Shown: positions 50,722-62,500 of the stretch, piece by piece
How the letters are laid out: each line of letters begins with the position of its first letter
Numbering within the stretch: the first letter of the stretch is position 1
Assembly (NCBI GenBank): GCA_041752695.1
Contig: JBGSVZ010000012.1
Span: forward strand, 32,001-96,000
Source: Terrimicrobiaceae bacterium
GTDB taxonomy: Bacteria; Verrucomicrobiota; Verrucomicrobiia; Chthoniobacterales; Terrimicrobiaceae
DNA: 64,000 bases
Direction: 5' to 3'
Position numbers and translations under genes: made by a program
The notes under the pieces: generated by a model
Seen by the model: only the letters and a program-made list of their open reading frames with translations
What the model was told of the DNA's origin: nothing
Database searches by the model: none

Positions 50722-52047
50722 TCAGGGTGCCGGCTTCTGATCGCCGAGACCCTTGGGATCAAATTTCTGCGCCCACGCGAACACGGCCGGAGGTAGATTC
50801 TGGAGGTGATTATCGGCGAGGGAGAGATTGCGAATCTTTTGCAGAGCGGCGAGTTCGGCAGGGAGAGTGGTGAGGTCGTTTTGATTGAGGAGAAGCTCCT
50901 CGATGGCCGTGCATTTCCCGATGGCGGGGGAGACTTTTTTCAAGAGGGGAAGAGGAAGCGTGCGGTCTCCATAAACGTGAAGTTTGCGAAGCGCGGTAAG
51001 CGCGCCAATGGCGTCGGGAATTTCGGAAACCCCACCTTCCTGGAGAAAGAGTTCGACGATGCGGCCGTCCTTCACGACGGAAACGCCCTCGACGGTTTTG
51101 GCCTTCAGGCCATTGGCGTCGAGAATGGCCCGCACGGCCCTGGCGTCGGCGTGAGTAGCCGGAAGCGTTTCCGTCTTGCTTTGAACCGGAGCGGCCTTCG
51201 CGGCTCCTCCGGTGACCGGGGGAGGCGGCTGGGCAAAGGCTTCCTTAAGGACAAGGAGGAACCCTTTGGCCAGCATGGTCTCACCGGCGGGATCGTTCGG
51301 ATGCACCTCCGCCGGATCCTTGCTGTATTCGGGACAATAAACGTGGCCCACGCGGAAGTCGTCACTGAGGATGGCGTCCATGTCATAGATCGGCACCTTG
51401 CCCTTCAAGTCGCCTCGGATTTTCTCCCCGAAGGCAAACGAGGCTTCGTTTTCCTTCGCATATTTCGGTCCCATGAAACCGGAAGTCACGTAAATGAAAC
51501 GCGCGTTGGGAAAAGCGGCGCGCCAAGCTTCCATCTGCGCGGTGTAGGGTCCGTAGAGTTCCGGCTTCGCGGTGTGGTAGAAAACCACGACGGCATCCAC
51601 GGATTTGCCGAATTCGTGGGGAGGCTCGGCGAGCACGCTGTTCAACTCCTCGAGGCGTTTGGTGTGCGGCCAGTAGGTTCCCAGAAAATGGACAAAGTTT
51701 TTCTTCTGCAAGGCATCCGCTGGGATGACCCCGACATTGCCGCCCGCTTTGACCACATCAAAACGTTCGTAGGAGGACAGGAGGTCGTATTTTTTATCCT
51801 CCCGGGCCAGAAAGTTGAGCCCCTTGAACAGATTCAGACCGAAGGAACGGCTGACCAGAACGATCTTCTTGCCGCGCAGCATTTCCATATCGGCCTCGGT
51901 GACGGTCGCAAACCGCTCCTTGATCGCCTTGGAATCCACATAGGGTGCGGAGCCGGTGCTCTCCGCCGCGAACCCGCCAATCGGTGCGTTAAGAATCAGG
52001 CCGGCGAGGAGGAAACATTTCGGAAGGTCAAAGGATTGATATCGCAT
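50722..52047 (-). CDS. Secreted protein with C-terminal leucine-rich repeats
   Basis: Signal peptide; LLLNQNDLTTLP, LSLADNHLQNLP; N-terminal alpha/beta domain. Confidence 0.75.
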   Translation of the reverse strand: MRYQSFDLPKCFLLAGLILNAPIGGFAAESTGSAPYVDSKAIKERFATVTEADMEMLRGKKIVLVSRSFGLNLFKGLNFLAREDKKYDLLSSYERFDVVKAGGNVGVIPADALQKKNFVHFLGTYWPHTKRLEELNSVLAEPPHEFGKSVDAVVVFYHTAKPELYGPYTAQMEAWRAAFPNARFIYVTSGFMGPKYAKENEASFAFGEKIRGDLKGKVPIYDMDAILSDDFRVGHVYCPEYSKDPAEVHPNDPAGETMLAKGFLLVLKEAFAQPPPPVTGGAAKAAPVQSKTETLPATHADARAVRAILDANGLKAKTVEGVSVVKDGRIVELFLQEGGVSEIPDAIGALTALRKLHVYGDRTLPLPLLKKVSPAIGKCTAIEELLLNQNDLTTLPAELAALQKIRNLSLADNHLQNLPPAVFAWAQKFDPKGLGDQKPAP

Positions 52048-52103
52048 ATCCCTGCCTACCACGCGCGGGGGATTTCCGCCCGAATTATTTTCGGAGAACG
52101 GAG

Positions 52104-52160
52104 CAGGCTGAAGCCTGAACTCCAGCCTCGCGCCAGCGTTGGAGTCCAGCCTTCAAGCTG
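52104..52160. repeat. Inverted pair of REP-like elements
   Basis: CAGGCTGAAGCCTGAACTCCAGC and GTTGGAGTCCAGCCTTCAAGCTG. Confidence 0.75.
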
Positions 52161-52189
52161 TCTGCACCAGCGAGATCGAACGATTTCCG

Positions 52190-52651
52190 CTACCCGCCCG
52201 CCACCACAACCTCGGTTTTCACCGAATTGGCGATGAAACACTGTTCGTGAGCGAGATGGTGCAGCTTGTCGCAATCGGCGGCGGTCGGATGTTTGTCGCC
52301 GGAGTAAAGAATTTTGGGGTTCAGCGTGATCCTGCTGACCCACGGAATGCCTTTTTCGTTTTTGCTCATTTCCCCCACCGCTGCATCCTCGTACGAGGCC
52401 ACGACAAATCCGGCGCGGGCGGCGACATAGAGGAAAGTCAGCATGTGGCAGCTCGAAAGCGACGCGACAAAAGCTTCCTCGGGGTCGATCAGCGCGGGGT
52501 CGGACCACGGGATGGGCACGACATGAGGCGAGGGGGAGGCGGGAAATATCGCACCGCCGTCGAAGGCCCAGGTGTGGGCGCGGGAATATTTGCCGCGGAG
52601 GAAATCTTCGCCGGTGTTTTCCCAGCGGATGGTGGCGGTGTGTTGGGGCAT
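52190..52651 (-). CDS. OsmC family peroxiredoxin-like protein
   Basis: YSRAH, DPEE..SSCHML, AHEQCFIANSV. Confidence 0.9.
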   Translation of the reverse strand: MPQHTATIRWENTGEDFLRGKYSRAHTWAFDGGAIFPASPSPHVVPIPWSDPALIDPEEAFVASLSSCHMLTFLYVAARAGFVVASYEDAAVGEMSKNEKGIPWVSRITLNPKILYSGDKHPTAADCDKLHHLAHEQCFIANSVKTEVVVAGG

Positions 52652-52737
52652 GGGCGGGAGGCTGACACGGCCGTCGCTGGCTGGCAATGTCGGGAATCCG
52701 GCTTGTCCCCGGCCCCGGCCCGGGTCATACTCCCATC

Positions 52738-53844
52738 ATGATTATCGGCGTCCCCAAGGAAATCAAACAGCAGGAGTTCCGCGTGGCGCTGCTGCCCGCA
52801 GGTGCTTATCAACTCACCCGCCGCGGCCATCAGGTCGTGGTCGAAACCAACGCGGGAGCCGGCATCGGGTTCAGCGACGAAGACTACGCCAAGGCCGGCG
52901 CGGAAATCGCGGCCACGCACGAGGAGGTTTTTGCCAAGGCCGACCTGATCGTGAAAGTGAAGGAGCCGCTCGCTTCGGAATACCCGCTTTTGCGCAAGGG
53001 GCAACTGCTTTTCACCTACCTCCACCTCGCGGCGAACAAGGTGCTCACCGAGGCTCTGCTCGCGACCGGAGCGACTTGTATCGCTTACGAAACGGTGGAG
53101 GTGAACCGCCGCCTGCCGTTGCTTGAGCCCATGAGCGAAATTGCCGGCCGAATGTCGGTGATCGTGGGCGGCTATTTTCTGGCCAAACACCACGGCGGCA
53201 ACGGCGTGCTGCTCGGCGGCGTGCCGGGCGTACTGCCCGGCAAGGTGGTGGTGATCGGCGGCGGAACGAGCGGCGTAAATGCTGCCCGGATGGCCACGGG
53301 CCTGGGCGCGGATGTCACCATTCTCGAGGTGGATCTGGAACGCATGCGTTTCCTCGACATCACCATGAGCACGGCCCATACGCTTTTTTCCAGCGAGGCC
53401 AGTCTCACCGACATGCTGCCCACGGTGGACCTCCTGATCGGCGCCGTCCTTGTCCCCGGAGCCAAGGCCCCCAAGCTCATTTCCCGCGAGATGCTGCGGA
53501 TGATGAAGCCCGGCAGCGTGCTCGTGGATATCGCGATTGACCAAGGCGGCTGCGCGGAAACCTCACGCCCCACCACCCATCACGACCCGATCTATGTGGA
53601 GGAACGCGTGACGCACTACTGTGTGGCCAACATGCCCGGCGCCTATGCCCGCACCGCCACCCAGGCCCTCACCAATGTGACCTATCGATACATCGAGACG
53701 CTGGCGGAGAGCAGCCTGGCCGACGCGGTAAAACGTCAACCCGGCCTGCACCACGGCATCGAAATCATGGACGGGAAATTGACGTGCCAGGCGGTGGCGG
53801 AAGCCCACGGGATCGAGTACTCTCCCGTTTCTTTCCCCGCATGA
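52738..53844 (+). CDS. ald: Alanine dehydrogenase
   Basis: [34 protein letters not shown]. Confidence 0.96.
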   Translation: MIIGVPKEIKQQEFRVALLPAGAYQLTRRGHQVVVETNAGAGIGFSDEDYAKAGAEIAATHEEVFAKADLIVKVKEPLASEYPLLRKGQLLFTYLHLAANKVLTEALLATGATCIAYETVEVNRRLPLLEPMSEIAGRMSVIVGGYFLAKHHGGNGVLLGGVPGVLPGKVVVIGGGTSGVNAARMATGLGADVTILEVDLERMRFLDITMSTAHTLFSSEASLTDMLPTVDLLIGAVLVPGAKAPKLISREMLRMMKPGSVLVDIAIDQGGCAETSRPTTHHDPIYVEERVTHYCVANMPGAYARTATQALTNVTYRYIETLAESSLADAVKRQPGLHHGIEIMDGKLTCQAVAEAHGIEYSPVSFPA

Positions 53845-55112
53845 GTCTCGAAGAACACATCCACCAAATCGGGCAGAAAGCCCGCCGCGCCTCCCGAGCG
53901 CTGGCCCTTTTGCCTGCCGCCGCGAAAAACGCCGTGCTCGAAGGCATGGCGGACGCCCTCGTCGCGCGCGCTCCGGCCATCCTGGAAGCCAACGCGCGCG
54001 ATATTGCTGGCGCCGAGTCCCATGGCCTGACCAAGGCCGCCATTGATCGCCTCCGGCTTACCGAGGCCCGACTGACCGGCATGGCCAACGACATCCGTGA
54101 CGTAGCTCGGCTCGAGGATCCTGTGGGAAAGATTCTCACCGAATGGACCCGGCCCAATGGCCTGCGCATTGCCAAGATACGCGCGCCTATCGGCGTGATC
54201 GGCATCATTTACGAATCCCGCCCCAACGTCACGAGCGACGCCGCCGTGCTTTGTATCAAGACCGGCAACGCTGTCATCCTGCGTGGGGGCTCGGAATCGT
54301 TTCATTCCAACATGGCCATCGCCGAAGCCCTGCAGGTCGGCGGCGCCTCCCGCGGTCTGCCCGCCGATGCCGTGCAGCTCATTCCGACGACGGACCGCGA
54401 AGCCGTGCGTGTCATGGCGCAGATGGACAAATACCTCGACCTCATCGTGCCGCGCGGCGGGCACTCCCTGATCGAAACCGTGGTCAGTCACGCCCGCATG
54501 CCGGTGATCAAACACTACCATGGTGTCTGCCATGTTTTCGTGGACAAAACCGCCGACCTTGCCATGGCCGAGAGCATCGTGCTCAATGCCAAATGCCAGC
54601 GGCCTGGCGTTTGCAACGCTCTGGAAACCCTGCTCGTCCACCGCGATGTCGCCGACAAATTCCTCACCCAGGCCGTGCCCGCTTTTGCCAAAGCCGGGCT
54701 CGCCATCCATGCCGATCCGGCCGGGTTTCAACAGCTTTCCACCCTCCAGTATCAGCCGCTCCACGAGGCGACGGAGGCAAACTGGACCACCGAATATCTC
54801 GACCTCATCATGTCCCTGCGGGTGGTGGACGACTTCGAACAAGCGGTCGATCACATCGAACGCTACGGTTCGCACCACAGCGACGCCATCGTCACGAATA
54901 ATGCCGCCACCGCGGAGCGTTTTCTTAACGAGGTGGATTCCGCGACCGTTTATTGGAACGCCTCCACCCGATTTACGGACGGTGGGGAGTTTGGCTTCGG
55001 CGCCGAGATCGGCATAAGCACCGACAAGCTTCACGCCCGCGGACCGATGGGGTTGGAGGAACTCACGACGTACAAATACCAGATCCGCGGCGAGGGTCAG
55101 ATCCGCGAATAG
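53841..55112 (+). CDS. proA: Gamma-glutamyl phosphate reductase
   Basis: IYESRPNVT, CNALET, NASTRFTDG, KLHARGPMGL. Confidence 0.96.
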   Translation: MSLEEHIHQIGQKARRASRALALLPAAAKNAVLEGMADALVARAPAILEANARDIAGAESHGLTKAAIDRLRLTEARLTGMANDIRDVARLEDPVGKILTEWTRPNGLRIAKIRAPIGVIGIIYESRPNVTSDAAVLCIKTGNAVILRGGSESFHSNMAIAEALQVGGASRGLPADAVQLIPTTDREAVRVMAQMDKYLDLIVPRGGHSLIETVVSHARMPVIKHYHGVCHVFVDKTADLAMAESIVLNAKCQRPGVCNALETLLVHRDVADKFLTQAVPAFAKAGLAIHADPAGFQQLSTLQYQPLHEATEANWTTEYLDLIMSLRVVDDFEQAVDHIERYGSHHSDAIVTNNAATAERFLNEVDSATVYWNASTRFTDGGEFGFGAEIGISTDKLHARGPMGLEELTTYKYQIRGEGQIRE

Positions 55113-55122
55113 GCCGGGCTTG

Positions 55123-55395
55123 ATGAAGGCAACGCAGGTTCTTTACGAAGGCCGGGTGCAGGGCGTAGGGTTCCGCTACACGGTGCGACGCGCCGCCTCC
55201 GGTTACGAGGTCTGCGGCTCGGTGCGCAACCTGCCCGATGGACGCGTGGAAGTGCAGGTCTCTGGAGAAAAAGCCGAGGTGGCGGCGTTTCTCGAAGAAA
55301 TTCGCGAGAGCGCGCTTGCCGGGCACATCACCGCCGAGCACACTCACCCTATCGAAATCGAACAACCGTTCAAAGGTTTCCAGATCGTCCCATGA
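55123..55395 (+). CDS. acyP: Acylphosphatase
   Basis: GRVQGVGFR, VRNLPDGRVE. Confidence 0.93.
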   Translation: MKATQVLYEGRVQGVGFRYTVRRAASGYEVCGSVRNLPDGRVEVQVSGEKAEVAAFLEEIRESALAGHITAEHTHPIEIEQPFKGFQIVP

Positions 55396-56246
55396 GCGCA
55401 GCAGTTTCCATCACCGGCCTCACCAAACTTTACCCGGTCCCCATGCGGAAGCAGAAGGTCGTGGCCGTCAAGGACCTCAACCTCCAGGTCGAGGAAGGTC
55501 AAGTTTACGGCCTGCTCGGACCAAACGGCTCCGGCAAAAGCACCACGTTAAAAATCCTTCTCGGGCTGGTCACCCCCACCCGCGGCGAAAGCCAGATCTT
55601 CGGCCAGGACAGCCGCGATTACAAAAGCCATCGCGACGTCGGGTTCCTGCCGGAAAATCCCTACTTTTACAAATATCTCACCGCCGAGGAGACGCTGCGG
55701 TTTTACGGGAAAATCTGCGGCCTGGGCGGCAAGCCCCTCACCGACCGTATTGGCGAATTGCTGGATCTGGTCGGCATGAGTGACGCGCGCTATCGGCGGG
55801 TCGGCGGATATTCCAAAGGCATGCTCCAGCGCATCGGTCTGGCCCAGGCCCTCATTCAGGACCCGCGCCTCCTCGTGCTCGACGAACCCACCGCCGGTGT
55901 GGACCCGCTGGGGTCGCGCCAGATCCGCGATCTTATTCTCGAACTCAAAAAACGGGGCAAGACCGTCCTGCTCACTTCCCACCTGCTCGAACAGGTTCAG
56001 GAAGTCTGCGACCGCGTCGGCATTATGGCCCGCGGCGTGATGATGCGTGAAGGACGGCTCGACGATCTCGTCACCATCGAAAGCCAAACCGAATACCTGG
56101 TCGAAAATGCCCCGGCCGAACTCACCGAAAAAATCGAAGCCCTCGTCAAAGCGTCCGGCGCAAAATTTGTGGAAGCGCGTAAACCGCAGCTGACCCTGGA
56201 AAGTGTCTTCCTCGCCGCCGCCGAGGAACACAACCGCAAGTCGTGA
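55392..56246 (+). CDS. ABC transporter ATP-binding protein
   Basis: GPNGSGKST, YSKGM, LDEP, SH. Confidence 0.93.
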   Translation: MSAAVSITGLTKLYPVPMRKQKVVAVKDLNLQVEEGQVYGLLGPNGSGKSTTLKILLGLVTPTRGESQIFGQDSRDYKSHRDVGFLPENPYFYKYLTAEETLRFYGKICGLGGKPLTDRIGELLDLVGMSDARYRRVGGYSKGMLQRIGLAQALIQDPRLLVLDEPTAGVDPLGSRQIRDLILELKKRGKTVLLTSHLLEQVQEVCDRVGIMARGVMMREGRLDDLVTIESQTEYLVENAPAELTEKIEALVKASGAKFVEARKPQLTLESVFLAAAEEHNRKS

Positions 56247-56866
56247 AGTGTTTTGTCAGCGGCACCGATACCGGCGTCGGCAAAACCTACGTGACCGCCC
56301 TGCTCACCCGCGCCCTGCGGCAAGCCGGGTTAGACACCGTCGCCGTGAAACCCCTCTGCTGCGGTCCGCGTGACGATGTCGACACCCTCTGCGCCGCGTC
56401 CGAACGCGAACTAACCCCCGACGAAACCAACCCCGTCTGGCTCTCCCTGCCCACCGCCCCCTTGGTCGCCGCACGAGAGGAAAACACGTCGGTCGATCTT
56501 CCGGCACTGGGCCGATGGTTTGAGAATCTTTCGTCGACGCGATCCTCCCTGCTCGTCGAAGGCGTGGGAGGCTGGCTTGTGCCCATTGCCAATGGCCAAA
56601 CCTCCGCGGATCTCGCGGTGATGTTCGGCCTGCCCGTGCTCGTGGTCGTGGCCAATAAACTGGGCTGCCTCAATCACACTCTCCTCACCCTTGAGAGTAT
56701 CCGCGCCCGCGGCCTCTCCTGCGCGGGCTTGATCCTCAACGACCTCTCCGCCGAAGTCTCGCCCGCCACCGAGAGCAACCGCCAGATTCTAGCCGAGTTT
56801 TGCGAAGCCCCGATTTTGTTCGAGATCGGGCCCGGTCAGGAAAACGTCCGAGTGGCAGTGGGGTAA
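56243..56866 (+). CDS. bioD: Dethiobiotin synthetase
   Basis: GTDTGVGKT, VEGVGGWLVP, LGCLNH. Confidence 0.93.
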   Translation: MKCFVSGTDTGVGKTYVTALLTRALRQAGLDTVAVKPLCCGPRDDVDTLCAASERELTPDETNPVWLSLPTAPLVAAREENTSVDLPALGRWFENLSSTRSSLLVEGVGGWLVPIANGQTSADLAVMFGLPVLVVVANKLGCLNHTLLTLESIRARGLSCAGLILNDLSAEVSPATESNRQILAEFCEAPILFEIGPGQENVRVAVG

Positions 56867-57354
56867 CCGGGGCGAAGCCTTGGGATTCGTGAAAGCTCTT
56901 CGAGCCTCACAAGGCCTCGCGCGAATGGCGCGGCATCATAAATCTCCGGCGAAAACATTTCCGCATCATCCGGACGCCCGACCGCGTCTGAAACTGGGAT
57001 TCCAAATTATGTCAATCGTTCGAAGGATCTCGTCCTCATGAGTTCGCTTGTTTGGCAGTGGTGGCCATACATCGATAAGCTTTTTGCAGAAGTCACGAAG
57101 ATTTGAGAAACACATCGAAGAAACCTTTGCCGCTGGTGTTGCGCCTCATTTTCTTGCCACGCCTGCCGATGGGTCGCGACACGCCGAAGCGGGAAAGCCC
57201 CCCGCTCCCGCGGATTTTTCCAATAGGACGATCACGAAAAGCAACATAGACGCCGACGAAATCCTTTCTTCATCGTGCCCTCACTCTGGCTGGACCCCTG
57301 AATTACCCGCACGCCGGGGTTGTCAGGAACGCGGAGCCGATGTAAGACCCTCGA

Positions 57355-59061
57355 GTGCTTGAATTGAATCCGGAGAAGAAGCTCGCGGGGGTGCTCGCGC
57401 CCGTTTCCGCGTTGCGAGGCGAAGGAGACCTCGGAATCGGGGACACCGGGGCGGTCAAGGAGCTCATCTCGTGGTCTGCCCGTCACGGCATGAAGGTGGT
57501 GCAGGTGCTGCCCATCAACGAAACCGGCAGCGACAACAGCCCGTATAATTTGCTCAGCGCGATGGCGATCGAGCCTTCGACCCTGGCGGTCACCCCGGAG
57601 GCGCTGGTCGATCTCAAGGCGGAGGATTTTGCGGCGATCACGGCCCGGCACAATGTGGCGGCGCTGAAAGATGGCCCGGTGAAATACGCGGCGGTCAAGA
57701 CGCTGAAACGCGAACTGCTCTACGCCGCGTTCAAGAATTTTCGTTCCCGCGGCGGCGACCGGGAGCGGTTGCGGGCTTTTGCGGATTTCGAGCAGGACAA
57801 CGGGGACTGGCTCCCGGACTACGCGGCGCACCGGGCGCTGGTGAGCTGGCACAAGGAGTCCGAAGTGTCGGGCGACTGGCCGAACGAGCACCGTTCGCCG
57901 ACGGCTGTACGCGTCTGGATGGAAGATCTCGCGCCGGGCAGCAAACGGCAGATGCGGGATTTGATCCGGTTCCACGCCTATGTGCAGTGGATCGCGTATT
58001 CGCAGTGGCGGGAGGTCCGGTTGCACGCGGAGCGGGAGAATGTCGCGCTGGTGGGTGACCTGCCGGTGGGCGTCAGTATTTACAGCACGGATGTCTGGCG
58101 CGATCCGGGAATCTTCGACCTTGAGCGTTCCTGCGGTGCGCCGCCGGAGAAAGTGTTCAAGGCCGATCCCTTTACCGAAAAATGGGGCCAGAACTGGGGG
58201 TTCCCGCTTTATCACTGGGAGGTGATGGCGAAGGACAACTATGCGTGGTGGCGGCGGCGTTTGCGTCTGCTCATGAGCATCTTTCACCTTCTGCGGGTGG
58301 ACCATGCGTTGGGATTTTTCCGCATTTACAGTTTCCCGTGGCGGCCGGAGGACAACGAAAAATTCACCGAACTCACCCCGGAGGAAGCGCAGGCCATCAC
58401 GGGGGGCGAATTGCCTCATTTCATGGACCGCGACGACGAGACCGAGGAAAACCGCGAATATAACCGTGTCCATGGCGAAACGATTTTCCAGATGCTGGTC
58501 GAGGGCATTGGCGCTCACCGGCTCATCGCGGAGGACCTTGGCGAGGTTGCTCCCTATGTTCGTCCGACGTTGGAAAGACTAGAGATACCCGGCTTCAAAA
58601 TCCCCCAATGGGAGCGCCAGTGGGACCGGCTCACCCCGGGCAGCGAATACCAGCGGCTCAGCCTTGCCACCTACGCCACACATGATCACGCGCCGGTGAA
58701 ATCGTATTGGAACGACCTCGCCGCCGCGGCCACCACGGAAAATCCCCAGGTGCGGGATGCCGCCATCCACAGCATGTGGGAGTTGGTGAATTTTGGCGGT
58801 CAGCCGGACTTCAAACTCCCCCAGCCGTATTCCCCAGAGGTGCAGGAAATTCTCCTCCGCGGGCTGTTTTCCAGCAATTCTTGGCTGGCGGTAAACATGA
58901 TCACCGACATTTTTGGCACCGAGGAGCGTTTTAACGTCCCGGGATCAGCCGGGGATTCCAACTGGACGCAACGCATGGGACCGATTGCAGATTGGGACAC
59001 AGCCCAGGCGGGCCCGCTGACCACCTTGCGCCAAGTCCTGGGCCAAACCGGACGGGGGTAA
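57355..59061 (+). CDS. malQ: 4-alpha-glucanotransferase (GH77)
   Basis: QVLPIN, SPY, GDLP, GQNWGFP, RVDH, AEDLG, THD, NVPG..NW. Confidence 0.93.
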   Translation: MLELNPEKKLAGVLAPVSALRGEGDLGIGDTGAVKELISWSARHGMKVVQVLPINETGSDNSPYNLLSAMAIEPSTLAVTPEALVDLKAEDFAAITARHNVAALKDGPVKYAAVKTLKRELLYAAFKNFRSRGGDRERLRAFADFEQDNGDWLPDYAAHRALVSWHKESEVSGDWPNEHRSPTAVRVWMEDLAPGSKRQMRDLIRFHAYVQWIAYSQWREVRLHAERENVALVGDLPVGVSIYSTDVWRDPGIFDLERSCGAPPEKVFKADPFTEKWGQNWGFPLYHWEVMAKDNYAWWRRRLRLLMSIFHLLRVDHALGFFRIYSFPWRPEDNEKFTELTPEEAQAITGGELPHFMDRDDETEENREYNRVHGETIFQMLVEGIGAHRLIAEDLGEVAPYVRPTLERLEIPGFKIPQWERQWDRLTPGSEYQRLSLATYATHDHAPVKSYWNDLAAAATTENPQVRDAAIHSMWELVNFGGQPDFKLPQPYSPEVQEILLRGLFSSNSWLAVNMITDIFGTEERFNVPGSAGDSNWTQRMGPIADWDTAQAGPLTTLRQVLGQTGRG

Positions 59062-59068
59062 AGCGCTG

Positions 59069-59085
59069 CCCCCCAATTTGGGGGG
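59069..59085 (+). terminator. Hairpin after malQ
   Basis: CCCCCCAA-T-TTGGGGGG right after the stop; U-tract weak. Confidence 0.35.
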
Positions 59086-59192
59086 ATTGACGGTTTTTGC
59101 AAAATTCTCTACCTCTAAACTTTGACGGCAGGGAGACGGAATCTCAAGAAACGAACAGGGCCGCCGCCGCACGGTCCGCTTTTGCTCACAGA

Positions 59193-59549
59193 ATGCCACA
59201 ATCATCCACGGAGAACTCCGCCAATCTCACCAAGCGCGACTTGGTGATGCGCATCAGTAAGGAAACCGGCTTGGTACAGCAGGATGTCTTCGATGTTCTT
59301 CAGAAGACTCTCGATTACATCACCGACGCTCTCGCTGAAGGGAAGGACGTGGAGTTGCGCAATTTCGGCGTGTTCGAAGTGCGCCTGACCAAATCCCGCG
59401 TCGGACGGAATCCGCACAAGCCGGAAACCGATGTGACGATCCCCGCCCGGGCCACGGTGAAGTTCAAGTCCGGCAAGGTGATGCGCCAGCGCGTTTTGAT
59501 GCGGACCGACCAATTGAAAAATATCGAAAAAGACGGCGCGACCGTTTGA
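59193..59549 (+). CDS. HU/IHF family DNA-binding protein
   Basis: LTKRDLV, VELRNFGVF, GRNP, VKFKSGK. Confidence 0.92.
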   Translation: MPQSSTENSANLTKRDLVMRISKETGLVQQDVFDVLQKTLDYITDALAEGKDVELRNFGVFEVRLTKSRVGRNPHKPETDVTIPARATVKFKSGKVMRQRVLMRTDQLKNIEKDGATV

Positions 59550-59570
59550 TTTTTTGCGATAGAGTAACGC

Positions 59571-62500
59571 GTGTCTTCGTTCATCCGCGTCCTCGGCGCG
59601 CGCCAAAATAATCTTCAGGGAATCGACCTCGACCTGCCTCTCGGGCAGTTCATTGTCGTCACGGGTCCAAGCGGCAGCGGGAAATCCAGCCTCGCTTTTG
59701 ATACCCTTTACGCGGAGGGTCAGCGGCGCTACGTCGAAACGTTCAGCCCTTATACTCGACAGTTCATGGAGCGCATGGATAAGCCGAAGGCGGATCTCAT
59801 CGAGGGAATTCCTCCTGCCATTGCCATCGAGCAGGCCAATAACGTTCGCACCACCCGCTCGACGGTCGGCACGATCACGGAGATCAACGACTACCTGAAA
59901 CTGTTTTTCCCCCGTGCGGCCAAAGCCTTCTGCCCCGAATGCGAACGCGAGATCCGCACGGAGACCCCGGGGTCCATCGTGGACCACATCCTTGCGGAAT
60001 GGCCCGGCGAACAGGTCCTCGTCACCTTCGGCATTCCGGTTCCGCCGAAAACCAAACCAAAGGATTTTTTCGATTTCCTCCGTCAGCAGGGTTATCTCCG
60101 CGTCTGGCTCAATGGCGCGGCGATCCGCACGGATGAGCCGCCAAAAATCACCCGCCTGCCCGCGCTGGTTCCGGTCATTCAGGACCGCATCACCGTAGCC
60201 GCCCCGGAACGCACCCGCCTGGCAGAGGCGGTGGAGTCCGCCCTGCGTTTCGGCCAGGGGAAAATCACCGTCCATCAACCCACCACCGGCGCGCATCACC
60301 CGTATTCCAGCGGCTGGCATTGTCCGCATTGCGATCTGACCATCCGGCCACCCAGCCCGGGACTGTTCACGTTCAACAACCCCCTGGGTGCCTGTCCGGA
60401 GTGCAAGGGATTCGGCCGCATCATTGGCATCGACTGGAATCGCGTGATGCCGGACAAGTCGCTTTCCATCGCGGCGGGTGTGGTGAAGCCCTTTCAAAGC
60501 GGGCAGTCGAAGGATTGCCAGGTCGACCTCATCAAGGCCGCGGCGCGGAAGGACGTGGACATCCATTGTCCCTTCGAGGAACTGCCCAAGGCGGATCAAA
60601 ACTGGGTGATCAATGGCGAGGGAGACCCCGACGTTTCCGGCGAAGAACTCTGGCAGCACGGCCAGTGGTACGGCTTGAAGGGGTTCTTCAAGTGGCTCGA
60701 AGCGAAGGTTTATAAAATGCACATCCGGGTGCTGCTCAGCCGCTATCGCAGCTACCAGCCCTGCCCGGGTTGCAAAGGCGGACGGTTCCAGCCCGAGGCG
60801 CTGAACTACCGGCTCGAACCCGCGCACAAAACCCTGCCCGATATCGCCGGAACGCCCGTGCGTGATCTCCAGGCCGCACTGGAAAATGTCGTGCTTCCGA
60901 CCGGCGATCCGAGCGCCATCTTGCTGCGCGATCAGATTCTCTCGCGCGTGCGTTTTCTCAATCTGGTCGGTCTCGGGTATCTTTCCCTCGACCGCCCCAC
61001 CCGCACGCTCTCCGGCGGCGAGATCGAGCGCGTTAATCTCACCACCTGCCTCGGCGCTTCGCTGGTCAACACGCTTTTCGTCATGGACGAACCCAGCGTC
61101 GGCCTGCACCCGCGCGACACCGCGCAGTTGGTCAAAGTCATGCACGCCCTGCGCGACAAGGGCAACACGCTCGTTGTCGTCGAGCACGAGGAAGCCATCA
61201 TTCGCGCTGCCGACCACCTCGTCGATATCGGCCCCGGCCGCGGCAGCCACGGCGGCAAATTGATGTACAACGGCCCCGCGAAGGACATCACAAACTCGCT
61301 CACCGCCGACTACCTCAGCGGAAAAAAATCCATCGTCATCCCGGAAAAACGCCGCGAGCCGGAGAATTTTCTCACCCTCAAAGGCATCCGGCATCACAAC
61401 CTCGACAACATCGACGTCGAGATTCCGCTGAATGTCTTTTGCTGCATCACCGGCGTCTCGGGCTCCGGCAAGAGCTCCCTCATCCACGACGTTCTCTACC
61501 GCAACCTCGCGGGTGAAGCGCCCGACGAACACGATGCTCCCGGCCATTGCCGTTCCATCCGCGGTGACGAAGACCTGGGCGATATCGTCATGGTGGATCA
61601 GTCCCCCCTCGCGCGCAGCCCGCGCTCAACGCCCGCGGTTTACACGGGCGTTTACGATGGCATCCGCGAGATGTATGGCACCCACAAGGACTCCTTGGCT
61701 GCGGGACTTTCGCCGTCCTCGTTCTCTTTCAACGCCGGAGACGGACGGTGCGAGCGCTGCGCAGGTCTGGGTTACGAAAAGGTCGAGATGCAGTTCCTTA
61801 GCGACCTGTATCTGCGCTGCCCGGAGTGCGAGGGCAAACGGTTTCGGCCTCACGTCCTGCAGATCAAAATCCGCGACAAATCCATCCACGACATTCTGGA
61901 GATGACCGCCCTGGAGGCGCTGGAATTTTTCAAGGCCAGCCCACGCCTCACCGCGCCGCTGCAATTGCTCGCCGATGTCGGTCTTGACTACCTGCGTCTC
62001 GGCCAGCCCGTCAACGCCCTGAGCGGCGGCGAATCTCAGCGCCTTAAGCTCGCTGCCCATCTGGCGGAAAAACGCGAGGACGGTGCTCTCCTCATTTTCG
62101 ACGAACCCACCACGGGTCTTCACTTCGACGACGTGGCGCAGCTTCTAAAAGTGTTTCAGCGTCTCGTGGACGAGGGCAACAGCATCATCGTCATTGAACA
62201 CAATCTCGAAGTGATCAAAAGCGCCGACTGGCTCGTCGATCTCGGTCCCGAAGCCGGCGATCAGGGCGGCAAGGTGGTCGCGGTCGGCACACCGGAAGAC
62301 GTGGCCAAATGCCCCGAGTCCCTCACCGGACAATTCCTCGCGTCATTCCTGAAAGGCGGACGCAGCAAAATCCAGCCTTCCAAACCCAAGGCCCCGAAGC
62401 CAGACACAATCAACGCGATCCGCATTGTCGGAGCGCGAGAACACAACCTGAAAAACATCTCCGTCGACATTCCGCGCGAGAAAATGGTCGTGGTCACGGG

